From assembly GCF_018977255.1 (NCBI RefSeq), contig NW_024704743.1, positions 65,846,001 to 65,910,000 on the forward strand: 64,000 bases of DNA. The letters are read 5' to 3'. Source of the stretch: Callorhinchus milii (lineage: Eukaryota). This document shows positions 1-11,899 of this stretch, in pieces (position 1 is the stretch's first letter; every line of letters starts with the position of its first letter). A model generated the notes under the pieces. It saw only the letters and a program-made list of their open reading frames with translations. It was not told the origin of the DNA and did no database searches. Position numbers and translations under genes: made by a program.

Positions 1-9
1 TTCTAGTTT

Positions 10-365
10 GTCATTACAAGATTGGTCTGGATGAAGAAAGCCCTTTGGCTCATCTGATCCCATCTTTCCAGATCACCCACTTTATATCCCATCATTACTG
101 CATTAAACGTTTTTTTAAATGAGTCCTATATCCTAGCCTCTACCACTTTTCCTGGCAATCTGTTCCAGTCGTTGATAACTCTCTGGTTAAAGAAAAACTT
201 CCTGGTATCTGTCATGAAATTGTCATTTTTAACTCTAAATCCATGTCTCATTGTTCTACTATCTTGATACTTTCTAAATTATTGATCTGAGTTTCCTTTT
301 TCAATCCTATTTAACATTTTACACTTCTAAGAGGTCCCCTTTGAGTTATCTTCTCTCAAGAGTTA
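10..365 (-). mobile_element. Degenerate CR1 LINE 3' fragment
   Basis: The reverse complement resembles the CR1 ORF2 end and 3'UTR (GATGAGCCAAAGGGCTTTCTTCATC); similar to + copies at about 10003-10172 and 44040-44412. Confidence 0.7.
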
Positions 366-1276
366 TGAGCAGTTGGGGCTGGACTCTCCTTCCCCCAACT
401 TCAGGGGAATAGTTTCTGCCACTGGTTAATCCTGAAAGTTTTGAAAAGGATGTGAAGGTTTTTGTTTTGAATCCCAGCTACTGGAATGGCTTCTAATTTG
501 AATTGTTTCATTTGTATAATTTTTTTTGGCTGTTATCTGGTAAAAAAACTTGTGTAAACTTTTACGTTATGTTTGGCTCTGGACGATCTGAAGAATTATA
601 AATTGGAGTCAGGTAGAGTGTGAGTTTCACACTTATTCAACAGATAACATCTGTGGCTGTAGCATGATGTTTGGGTCAAAGATTTCCATGCAATTGTGGA
701 GAAAGGCTTATTTCAGCATTAATAATAAAGGTACAGTTTTCACTCAGCCAGATTCATACAAAGCTGCAGTTAAGCTCTATTAAAATGTATTCTCAGTCTG
801 GATCATAGATGTTGGCTAAAATTTTTCAACAGCGAATTTTTCTGAAATTCTGCCAATGTACAAACTTCACAACTTTCTCAAGTTAATAATCTTTACATTT
901 GCTATATAGTGCCTTATCACATTATTATCCAGACAAAATACATGAGAAGAGTTGGTTGTCTAGTATGCAGTCAACAATCTCTTTACAATTGAACTTTGTT
1001 TGTATGGTAATATACGTGAGCACAGTGAGGAAATTCTTCAGTCTCATGTCTATCTATTTCATGGGGCAAATGCTTGCCTTTTATTTACCAGATCTGCAAA
1101 GGAACAATAATAATCCTTGTATTTGATATACAATAGTATCTTATGTTTAAGCACTTCACAAGGGGGTCTGTAAAGGGCAAGTGGTGAATTTGATGGAAAA
1201 AATGGTAGCCAATTTGTGAACAGTAATATCCCACAAAGAGCCACAAAATGAATGGACAATTTAATTTGGAGGAATT

Positions 1277-1380
1277 AAAACAGAAGTCGCTGGGGACACT
1301 CAGCAGGTCAGGCAGCATCTATAGAGAAAGGAAAGTGAGTCAATATTTTGGATCCACAACCCTTTGTCAGAATTGGAACA
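1277..1380 (-). mobile_element. Penelope-like retroelement terminal-repeat fragment
   Basis: ACTCAGCAGGTCAGGCAGCATCT motif, also present at about 28550, 33900-34040 and 57680. The minus strand has an eroded CTGAnRA-stem-GAAA arrangement. Family assignment is from recalled shark repeats. Confidence 0.55.
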
Positions 1381-1646
1381 TGTAGGGAAGGAGAGGCTTT
1401 TAAGGGCTAACAAAGCGGGGGGAGGCAGGACAAGAAAGACAAAGGAGAAAATGGGGTAGAGGACAGGGGATGATGGGTTAAAGAGGTGTTAATGATGCAA
1501 AACAAAGTGGGGGGTTGCAACAAAACAGGGGAATAGAGGTGTTAGTAATGGAAAACAATGGGGGTGGGTGGGTGGAGGGTGGCAAAATTGCAACAAAATA
1601 GGCAGACTAGAGAGAGAAAAGGTGTGCCTCTTTGGTCTGCCTATTT

Positions 1647-1797
1647 AACATAACATAACATGTAGGAGCATGTTATATTATGTTAAATAACATTCGACCC
1701 TTCGAGCCTGCCCCGCCATTCAATCATGGCTGATCTTCTAATCTAACTCCAGCTAATAACATAACCCTGCCTTATCCCCATATCCCTTAATCCCTTT
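1647..1797 (-). mobile_element. Short CR1 3'-end fragment with rearranged junctions
   Basis: CATTCGACCCTTCGAGCCTGCCCCGCCATTCAATCATGGCTGATC resembles the CR1 3'UTR at 41010-41150 and the reverse complement of about 13740-13876. Confidence 0.8.
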
Positions 1798-1819
1798 TGC
1801 AATAAAGGGATTGCAATTG

Positions 1820-2761
1820 TGTTGCAATTTTTTGAATTAGCAAGCAGCCTCCACGAGTTACAAAAATGTATATAGGTCCAGGGCTGCTTGATTGACAGTC
1901 AGCTAACAAGCACTGACAAGCAGCCTGTAGAGTAAAATAACAAGTGGGCGCGAACGTGGGAAAGAACCCTCGCATTTGCATCATACGGTGGGTGCAGCCA
2001 GACACCTATATAAAGCAATGCTCAGTACTCCTTGTGGTCGCTAACTAACGGTTGTCATCTGGTACGAACTGACATGTACAGGACTACTGTGCAGTCAGGG
2101 TTGGTTTCATGTTCCTTTACTAATGTAGTATTGTGCTGCCAGTTGTTATAACGAATTCAAGATCCTCATCCTCACCGACAAGGCCATTCACGGCCTCGCT
2201 CCCTCCTACCTCTCTGACCTACTATCCCCCTACCTACCTGCCCGTACCCTCCGTTCCTCTGGTTCCAGTCTGCTCCACATCCCCCGCCCCAACCGCCCTT
2301 AAGCCTCTCAGCCCCCAGGCTCTGGAACTCTATCCCCCAGTGCCTTCGCCTTGCTTCCTCGCTTTCCTCCTTCAAGGCCGGTCTCAAGACCTTTCTCTTT
2401 GACCGTGCCTTCGGCTCCCCTCTCGACTCTCTACCCCCTCCTTGTTCCCTCCCTTCCCTCCCCTCACCCTGACCATTTCCCCCTTGCTCGGGTCCTGACC
2501 CAACTGTACAGCGCCTTAGGACGTCCTCCCAACGTGAAAGGCGCTCTATAAATGCAATCTTGTTGTTGTTGTAGTTATGTGTGATAGTTATGATTGATCC
2601 CATTGTTGTATATCTTCCATTGTTGTGTTCCTTATATATAACGTAGCCTCGGGTTGCTATGTATTAATAAAGAGCTGTTGTTTCCACCAAATGTATCCTC
2701 AATTCTCTGTAGTATTCCAGACAAGAAAAGGAGTAAGCACTTCAGAGGGTAGTTGTCAACA
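1820..2761 (+). mobile_element. Putative solo LTR, interrupted by an L2 fragment
   Basis: TGTTG...CAACA termini, ATTTGCAT at 1974-1981, TATATAAA at 2007-2014, AATAAA at 2666-2671, and retained CpGs. No clean 4-5 bp target-site duplication (only TTG on both sides). Confidence 0.4.
2152..2572 (+). mobile_element. L2 LINE 3' fragment
   Basis: Begins at the EFKILILT-coding motif, has a C/T-rich body, and ends in GGACGTCCTCCCAACGTGAAAGGCGCTCTATAAATGCAATC(TTG)n. Confidence 0.85.
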
Positions 2762-3719
2762 TTGAAGATCTACTAGTGCGAGCAGACTCCGATATGACAT
2801 TCCAGTTCCGGGCATTGGGGTTAACTGGGAATACCTGTCTGTGTGTGTCTCTGACTTGGTTGAGTCACCTTTGAAATAGGGTCTCACACCAACAGTGTTA
2901 GAAGAGAAGCAGAGGACACTTAGTATGAAAGCGTAAATAAAATTTTCACGTACATCAAGGGATGAGAACCATTGCGGAACGCACAACCTTCCTACTCATG
3001 GGGGAGAATGCTACCAATTGAACCAGGCTGATACCTAACATTACACACTGTTGTACAAAACAAAGGTAGTTTATTTTAATGGACAAGAATGTTACCACTA
3101 ATAGAGCCCAGACTACACACCATACAGCAGATCAGTCTGATACGCAGTGCACAAAACATTCTTAACAATACACATAAATCAGGCCTGCTCTGTTAGACTA
3201 CACTCTACACACAATTAAGCAAGGCAATTTGCATTGAATAATTACTGTGCTATAGTGGAGCTCAGAATAATAGTGGCTCATTTTTCCAGTGGCCTAGGGC
3301 CAAGAGACCAACCCCAAATCATGGGTCACCAAATGCAACAGCAGTAAATGCTGCGCTGTTTGAAAGGCGAATGCGTGGATCAGTTCCCTTTTGTAGGTTA
3401 ATGTGCTATCTTTTTTTTTCTGGAACTGCGTTCAAGTCCAGCCAGCTTGATGAAATGGCAATCTCTTCTGTTTGATGCTGTTAACATTGGTATTGAAAGG
3501 AATACAGACAATATCAACTCAGTCCTAGCGTGTGAGACAATGGCACATAGAACTGTCTTTAGTTTGGTATCAGTTACCATTAACTTTACATTCTTGCTCA
3601 GAGAGGCCACGGGGGAGGCCAACAAAAGACATGAAAATATACTTGTGCAGCAGTGAGTTATTTTCTGTAGTTGAATTGAAGCATGTGAGTGAGAGAATAG
3701 ATACTAAGTTGACATGAAA

Positions 3720-4450
3720 AGTTGGAAAAGAGAAGATTGAGAGGCAATATGATTGCTGTTTTTAAGACACTAAAGGGGCTAGACAATGTAGATCATGACA
3801 GGCTGTTTCAACTTGTCTAGAATAGTAAAACCAGAGGACACGGCCTGCGATTGAAGTGGGTGGAAATTCAGAACCAATCTACAGAAACACTATTTTAGTG
3901 AGTGAATAGTAAACCTGTGGAACAGGCTTTCTAATAATAATAATAATAATCATAATACTTGCATTTGATATAGCGCTTTTCACGTCGGGAGGACGTCCCA
4001 AAGCGCTTCACAGAACACACTGTAAAGTGAATTGACTGTATATTTGTGGGCGAACGCGGCAGCCAATTGCGCACAGCAGTGTCTCACAAACAGTCATAGA
4101 TTGAAAATGACCAATTTTATTATTGTTTTGGTTTTGGAGGGATTATTATTAGGAGTGTGGAGTAAGGAAACTTGCCCAAGGTTTCGCTCTGCCTGGAATT
4201 GAACTCAGGTCTCTCACTTGCAAAACGAGTGCTCTAACCACTGAGCTACAGGACTCTGGGAGACGGTTGAAGCAGGAAGTGTTGATTCCTTCAAATACAA
4301 ATTAGATACTTTTCTTTTAGGAATTAACATCATGGGTATAGTACATAGGTAGTTCAGGACATATGTGCATGTGGCATCTAGGAAGGTGGAAGGTGAAATG
4401 GATGGAACTTGGTCTTTTTTTAATCTAGCATTTCTTATGTTCTCATGAGA
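3720..4450 (+). mobile_element. CR1 3' fragment split by a SINE insertion
   Basis: CR1 C-terminal motifs (TRGH; GTAAACCTGTGGAAC) lie before 3932 and resume at about 4258, ending in a TTCTTATG-type tail. Confidence 0.75.
3932..4256 (-). mobile_element. Young tRNA-headed SINE, full length
   Basis: Near-identical to the copies at 15517-15835, 15893-16220 and 62941-63273; has A/B boxes and an (ATT)n tail. Confidence 0.92.
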
Positions 4451-5099
4451 TTTTAACCCAGAACCTTGCGATTGCAATTCAGAGGCTAAATGCATTGAAT
4501 TATTCAGCATAAAGAGTTTACATTCCAGCCCTATGTGGAACTCTCAGTACGAGGCAGAGATGGAAAACTAGTGCATTCCGACTGTAGAAACAAAGTTGGT
4601 GGTTCAAATGGTCTCTTCAAAGGTCACTTTCCTCAATCAGTTAAAGATAGCTCCTTCCAAGATTTTCTCCACAGTTACTTTCAGAAAAAAATCAGTGCTG
4701 AGGTCATGAAAGAGAGTTTCAGGAATAAAGCAGCACTTTGCCCTGGGTTAATAAATATTGCCCTGGCTGGATTCCCTCATCAATCAATTTGGTTAAAAAT
4801 CTTCCATCTAATGCATTATCTTAGCAAGCCCCAAAAGCTTCTCAAATAGTTGAGATTTCCATTCTACAAAAGGTTTCAGTTTCTTACTGCTTATTACAAA
4901 ATGTTAGTGTACAATAAAAGACGTACAAGGGAATTTTACAATGTGATATATAGCTTATAAATCATTCAGTAATAAACTCAGTTAAAGAAGTGGGGGAGAG
5001 GTGTAATCTCCCCATAATCGGTCAGCTGCTATTGGAAGTACAGGATGTCCAAAGCTAACTGGAGGAAGGTAAGGAGTAAGCTAATAGGGATTGCTTTTC

Positions 5100-5395
5100 A
5101 TGATTTATTTAAGGTGGAGACAGACACAGTAATTGATGAGGTTGGAGAGGGATTGAAGCAGGGAATTCCAGAGGTCAGGGGAGGAGTGGTGGAAAGCACA
5201 GCCGCACAAACAGAGCAATGGAGTACAAACAGATCAGAGAGGTAGGGAGGTGCTAGGCATGAAGGTGTTTGTATGCACGGGTGAGGATCTAGAAATCAAA
5301 CTATTTGGAACCATGGAGCCAGTGGAGTGTGGCCAGGATTGGGGTGATGTGCTTGTGGAGTTTGGTACAGGAGAGGATGCAGAAGGCAGAGGTAG
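5100..5395 (-). mobile_element. Old L2 fragment
   Basis: Purine-rich; GGAATTCCAGAG, GTGAGGATCT and GGAGCCAGTGGAG motifs are shared with other minus-strand L2 copies. Confidence 0.65.
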
Positions 5396-7727
5396 ACAGT
5401 AGGCAGATCTCTAACTAACACCAGGGCAAAAGACTGTAACAAGCAAGAAAGTCAATTCAGTGGTGATAGAGGAGCGATACCATAATCTTTAGCAGAATTA
5501 AATTTAACATATTAAAGATTAAGTTCTATTTTTTTTATTGGGAGATGGGGGAGGAGGATTGTTTTTGATAGTAATATAAAAGAACCAAATAATAAAAAAG
5601 GAGCAAAAATCAATGAAATCTGAGGGACACTGACTCTGTGAATTTTAGAAGGATTCTTTGAGCTAGGTGGATGACTGTCAGAATGCTCTCAGCCATTTCT
5701 GGTAAGAAATGATTAGCTCAACATGTAGCTGATTGATACCACTCAGCATGAGGTAACAATAAATTGTACAGAACATCTCTTTACAGTCAACCAAAACAAT
5801 ACACGCTGTCAGTTGGCCCAGTGTTTTGCAGAAACATTACAGCAGTGTTTTCACTGATATGTTTGATGTCGGACTCAGGTAATAAAAATGTCATGACACT
5901 GACAATAAAAATGTATATCTGTACATTTACACCGGTGTTGTGCTCAGAGTAGCTTAATGGAAAAGTAATGCTTTCAGCAAGAATACATTTATTTGTAAAA
6001 AATAAGTTTTCTGTTGAATTTTTTTTAACAAAGAAAATAACTTAAAAATAAATTCCTTTAATGAAGTTATACTTCCTCATTTCTGGAGCTCTCGAATTTA
6101 AAAAAAATCTTACTGCAGTCATACTAAAAATTTCTTACTGCAGTAAAACTGCACATTTCAAACTTGGTAATGCTGCAACACCGCTTAAAGGGACCTCTTT
6201 CAAACACTGAGAAGTTAAGTGACAGAAATGAGATTCTCAAAATCATTCAAGTGATTCTCTACCTATAGTCATATACCAAAACAACTAAGACAATTGAGTC
6301 ATCTCTGGTGAAAGTTCAGTCCAGGAAACCTTCAGGAATAGTCATTTCAATTAAGTTGTATTTCTGCTGATGTCACTGGGTGCCAAGGGCAGGAAATGGA
6401 CATGGATTCAAAATTCTCTGAAGCAGAGAGTCTGATAAGGGAGCTAGGTCAAAATGGGTGGGAGGGCGGATTAAAAATGTGTTCCTCATGGGAGATAGTA
6501 TGCATTTCATCTGAATAAATATCTCAGGAATTTCCACATAAAGGTGGGATGCATGTGACCTTTAAAATATGGTGATAAGTTTCAGCATGTGTCAGACACC
6601 CGCTGTCCAAAAGAATCTTAGGACAGTATTAAACTGGAATGTTGAGGTGAAAGGGGTTCCCCTTTTCATTTGCCCCGAAGTGCAGTAACTGAGACAATGC
6701 GCTCTTATAATGGGATGTCCCATTGCAGTCAGACTTGTAGCTCTAGCTTGTAAGGTTTGATAAAGGATTTGTAAATTACGAATCTCACCATGTGTCTGAG
6801 GCTGCCACTCCAGATTGTTTATCAGCTTCCGATTGGCGCAGACCCCATTTTCAAACATCGCCATACTTTGTGGCTAGAGGAATTTCTCACCCAAAGTCAT
6901 CCCCTGAGGCACAGTTATTACTGCCCCCTTGGCTGTTCGTAAAGGTGTACAATAGTGGGCAATTCTAGAAAATGGGAGAAATCAGAGGTAATATCAGTCA
7001 AAATCTGCTTGCCGTATAATCTAAACATCATCTTTTAACACTATTGAGTCTTGGGATCAAGCTCTCAGACCTAACAAAGAAGATTTATTAGTCTGGTAAT
7101 AGTGAGGGCTAATATTAGAGGTCTCAATATTTAGTCTATTTTGTTAAGAAAGGCATCTGGTCAGCATTGTATCCATGGAACCATAGGTTTATTGATATTT
7201 TGCATCTGTCTACAAGATGATCTTCTATGGATTGGGTATCACATTGAAATCTGACTACACTGAAATTACCATTTCATACATCCATTGTGAATCTGCAGGA
7301 GTTCAAGATTTTGTGCAACATATGTGGTTAATATGCTAACATTGTTTGCGTTAGGTTTGATTGTTATGTTGATCATTCCCTGTTACAGTCTATCAAATCT
7401 TGGATGAATTACTGGTGATTCGAACCTCACAAATACAACTATATATAGGAGTCTAACATATTCTCAGAAAGAAGCAATGAGGTAATAAAGAAAGTGTGCA
7501 ATCGTTAAAGGCAGAATAGCATATCAAACAGTGTATAAAATGTACTTTGTGAGAATAGAATTCTCTGTCTTTTTATAAAATTCTGCCATCCATTAGGAAT
7601 ACAGTCACAATTAATGTTCTATCATATTCACACCAAGAAACAGGACTTACAAAGGAAGGAGTGTGTTACTTCAGTTTGAGAATGGAGATGTTGAAGCACT
7701 TTGAATCATTCACCCTAAGTGGAAGAC

Positions 7728-7775
7728 AAGGTGACCATATGTCCCCAATTTCCGGGGACAGTCTGGACCAAATTT
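7728..7775 (+). mobile_element. hAT-like (Blackjack/MER94-type) terminal remnant
   Basis: AGGTGACCATATGTCCCCAATTTCCGGGGACAGTC resembles recalled (T)AGGGTGACCA...GGGAC terminal inverted repeats (TIRs); no partner end found. Confidence 0.4.
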
Positions 7776-7883
7776 GCCATATCTTGAGTTCAGCAACAAA
7801 GAGAGCAAAAACAATAAAATTCTAAAACAGATACACTCATCAGAGAAATACAGCCAATAATCCAACAACCTTTTCCAGTACTC

Positions 7884-8735
7884 ATAGACAGACTGATAAA
7901 ATGGGCAGACACGTGGCAGATGAATTTTAATGTGGAGAAATGCAAAGTGATGCGTTTTGGGAGGAAGAATAAGGAGAGGCAATATAAACTAGAAGGTACA
8001 ATCTTAAAGGGGATGAAGGAACAGAGAGACCTGGAGGTTCATATAAGTAAATCTTTGAAGGTGGCAGGATAGGTAGATAAAGCTGTTAAAAAAGCATATG
8101 GGATACCAGGCATTATAAATAGGGGCATAGAATACAAAAGTCAGGAAGTTATAATGAACCTTTATAAAACACTGGTTAGGCCTCAGCTAGAGTATTGTGT
8201 TCAATTCTGGGCCCCACACTAGAAAGGATGTCAAGGCATTGGAGAGGGTGCATAGGAGATTTACCTGGATAGTCCCAGGAATGAGGGACTTTGGTTATCG
8301 GGAGAGGCAAGAGAAGCTAGGATTATTCTCCTTGGAGCAGAGAAGGTTAAGAGCAGGCTTCAGAAGTTTTCAAAATTATGAGGGGATTTGATAGGGTGAA
8401 CAAGGAGAAACTATTTTCATTGGCGGGTGGGTTGGTAACCCGAGGACACCGATTTAAAATAGTTTTTTTTAGAAAACAGAGGGGAAGTGAGCAAAAGGTT
8501 TTTTACACAGCGAGTTGTTCGGATCTGGAAAGCATTGCCTGAAAGGATGGTGGAAGCTGATTCCATAACAACTTTTAAGAGAGAAGTAGATAATTATTTG
8601 GGGAGGGCAAGTTTGCAGGTATATGGGGAGAGATCGGAGGAGTGGTATTGATTTGGACAACTCTTTTAAAAGCGCCGGCACAAACACGATGGGCTGAATG
8701 GCCTCCTTCTGTGCTGTATTATTCTGTGCTATGAT
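7884..8735 (+). mobile_element. CR1 LINE 3' portion, decayed ORF2 end
   Basis: WQMxFNVEKCKVM-like start, RKDVKALERVHRRFT...EKLGLFSLEQRRLR (ORF 8197-8391), frameshifts, and an ATTCTGTG/CTATG tail. Confidence 0.92.
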
Positions 8736-10002
8736 CCTTTGATTCTACTGTCAGCATCGGGAATTATGGCAAACTCAATTTTTTTTATATGTGTCCCTGG
8801 ATTTTGTTTCCAAAGTATGGTCATCATAGTATAAGATATAGTGTGAAAATTGTTGTTAATAAATATCAACTTGTGTTTTAAAATATCTAAAGTTGTGAAA
8901 GTAGCCAACAAATAGAGTAAAGTTTAAATATTTATTTCAATGTAATGATTAAGTTGACTTGCTTCCCAAAATATGAAATAACCTTTTCAGAATTAGAGAA
9001 AGTGTCAGGCTGGTTCAGTTGATAGTTCTCTTGCCATTGAGTCAGAAGATTATGGGTTCAAGCCCCACAAAAATGCTAATCAGTATTATAATTTAGGTCT
9101 CAATCCCCAATCAGGGCTCGTGCATCATGATATCACCCATCATCTGACTGCCGATGTTACTGGGCAGCTTTCTGTGGACTACAAATGGCCGAGTTCCAGG
9201 TATTCAGGTCACTGTCAATGCCAGTGTATGCTGGAGGAACCCTCTCAGTGATAAAGCCAAGATCCCATTACATTTGCATGGAACTAAATACATGGCACGT
9301 GCACTCCTGTGTTGGGGGATGTAACCAGGCATCACAAACCTAGCAATTTTTAATGCATGTGGCCCACTATTATGGAAGCGGGACTTGTGGGCTAATTATG
9401 ATGCCAGTCTTAACCAAGTGCATCTTTTGTACTTGTGTACTTTACTCTGTATACTTTCACTCAAAATCAACACCACCATGGGAATATGAGTAATGTGGAA
9501 GAAAAGGGTTATCATGATCTGGCCATGCTGACAAATTAATGGTTCTGTTCCTAACTTGTTTGAAGCTGAGTCATGTCAAATGTTTGTTTTGAGACTCATG
9601 ATAAACTAAGGAAGGCATAAGTCAATGTAATTTAAACTGTAATAACATAATAATAAATTATTATTGTTAATAATAGTAATACTTATATTTGAAGTCGGGC
9701 CTTTAGAGCAAGATAGTCTTTAGCGGAAGATCACATTAGACACTGTACTGTACAATAGATCCTGTGAAGCATTTGAGATATCTTGCTAACATGAAACATG
9801 TCATATCAAATGCAAAGATTAGCATTTTTAATAGTATAGAATGTGTTCGACATTATGTGAAGTGCTACACTTCAATCATTATCACCCACTCCAAATCTTT
9901 TTTTGAAAGGCTAATTTTCCTTCTCATCATCACTTTGGAATTGAAGGGGCAATTTCAGGACAAACACCAGAAAGACTTTCTTTATCCTGAACATAATTAA
10001 TA

Positions 10003-10255
10003 ACAGGTTGCCAGGAAGGATGGTTGAAGCCAGGATGTTGGACTCATTTAAAAAAGCAGTTTGATGCTACGATTGTAGGGGAATGACCGACAGTAGGGTG
10101 GGCATTTTGGAAGGATGAGATCATATGGGCCGAAGAGCCTTCTTCATTTGAACTAATCTTATGATCTTATCATTTCCTTTAGTAAAGTTCAGCACCTTGG
10201 TACGTCCTCCTGATGTGAAAGGCGCTCTATAAATTTAATTTTGTTGTTGTTGTTT
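10003..10255 (+). mobile_element. CR1 3' end followed by a bare L2 tail
   Basis: ATGGGCCGAAGAGCCTTCTTCAT...TCTTATGATCTTAT, then GTCCTCCTGATGTGAAAGGCGCTCTATAAAT...(TTG)n. Confidence 0.7.
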
Positions 10256-11029
10256 ATAAGTAGATTGTAGTCTATTGCTTCAAAAAAGCATTGGCGGAAG
10301 TCATTTTCAATATAAATACTACTTTTCCTGACGTGAATCCAAATACCTTGAAATTTTTTATTTATAATTTGCGAATAGAAGCAGCAGAATCAAAATGATT
10401 GTCCAAATAGTGAGGCACTTTGACATCCGATTTGCGTGGTTAAGGCGCAGAAATGATTCTTCTATGCTTGCTTAATAGCGGTCACTAAATCATACGTTTG
10501 AGAAACTATCCTTTTAATCTCGATTTGCTGCCATAGGAGTGTTTCTGCATCCATTGGCTGGATCATAAAACATTAACTGTAATGAGTGGTTATATTGTTA
10601 CTCATATTTTCCATCTATTTTGCTGCAGGCATTAATGTGCAGGAATGCAACATTTCATTATTGGATTATACACTGAACTGATTTGCCCAGCCAAAGAAAA
10701 ATAACAAAAATGTATGCTTGATTTTCTCAGATACATGATATAATATCCTTGATAAAGGTCAGAACATGTAATACCAATGAAAGCAGTCAGGCAATGATTT
10801 GGAAAGGATACAACATCTAAACTGGTGCTCACAAATTTGAATATGCAATCTATTAGAAAAAAAAACACTTCAGTTTTCTCCAACATTTTTGGCAATTGCT
10901 GTAAGTCTACTACAATGCCAAGAGTACTTTTATTTGCATTACACCACACATGAAATAACGATCCTTTCTGATTATGGCACCCTATTCTTGAACATTCTTT
11001 GTTTTATGAAATATCTACACAGTAAAATT

Positions 11030-11190
11030 CAGCTTGGCTCAGTTGGCAGACTCTTGCCTCCAAGTTGGAAAGTTGTGGCTCCAACGAAGGCTGACATCTC
11101 ATTTTGGGACTTTGAGTTCATAGTCTAGGTTGACACTCCAATGCAGCTAGGTACTGCTGCATTGTCCGATGAGGTATTAAACCACGGCCC
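11030..11190 (+). mobile_element. Old Deu-type SINE 5' fragment
   Basis: GGCTCAGTTGGCAGACTCTTGCCTC head, shared with copies at about 9005, 31600, 39000, 39600 and 63830. Confidence 0.7.
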
Positions 11191-11625
11191 CATGCAAACA
11201 CACTTGACAAAACTCCACTTCAGAGTAAATCATATGAAGTTCCTTGAGATGTTCTGCAAAGTAACTGACATTGCATTTTTAAACAAAAATTTGTTCACTA
11301 AAGATTAGAATAGCTCAGTCACACTTGGCTCTTGTTAAAGCTGGATGCATAGAAGTGTAATAGAGAGAACTAACTTTATAATAAAAATGATAATACACAA
11401 ATGAAGCAATAATGAAATATATAATTGAAAGAAAATGATATAAAGTATAATACAGAACAATAAACATTCTCATCTATTTCCTTTATAGGTAATACAGATC
11501 CAGTCATTTATGTATTCACCACTTTTTCTGATTCATAGGGAAGTGGTCTACTTTCATCCAAAGAAGAGGACAGACAGAGAGCAATCCCTTCAGAATATCA
11601 TCAATGCTCATCTTGTGATCTATTT

Positions 11626-11810
11626 AATAATAATAATAATCTTTGCATTTGATATAGGGCTTTTCATGTCTTCGAGACGTCTCAAAATGCTTTCTCAGAA
11701 TATACCGCAAGGTGAATTGACTGTATACTTGTGGGCGAAACGCGGCAGCCAATTGCACACAGCAGTGTCCCACAAACAGTCGTGGATTGAGTGACTAAAT
11801 AATTTTTTTT
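11626..11810 (-). mobile_element. 5'-truncated young-type SINE
   Basis: (AAT)n followed by CTTTGCATTTGATATAG...GCGGCAGCCAATTGCACACAGC. Confidence 0.85.
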
Positions 11811-11899
11811 GCTTCCAATAGATATGGGCAAAATATTACCATTTTTCAAGCATGGCAAAAGCAGAAATCCAGAGTATTTACTAAAATGCTTATAATGTA

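Noticed and set aside
1560..1582. G-quadruplex-like GGGGGTGGGTGGGTGGAGGG
   Set aside because: It lies in a purine-rich, probably repeat-derived tract, and nothing indicates function.
3398..3717. Overlapping short ORFs on both strands
   Set aside because: No recognisable protein motif or splice structure; more likely unique non-coding DNA.
9100..9420. Possible additional ancient repeat
   Set aside because: I could not match it to any other copy in the window or to a consensus I recall with confidence.
11490..11625. Possible exon after TTTCCTTTATAG or CTGATTCATAG
   Set aside because: No convincing donor site before the SINE tail, and the peptide is unrecognised.
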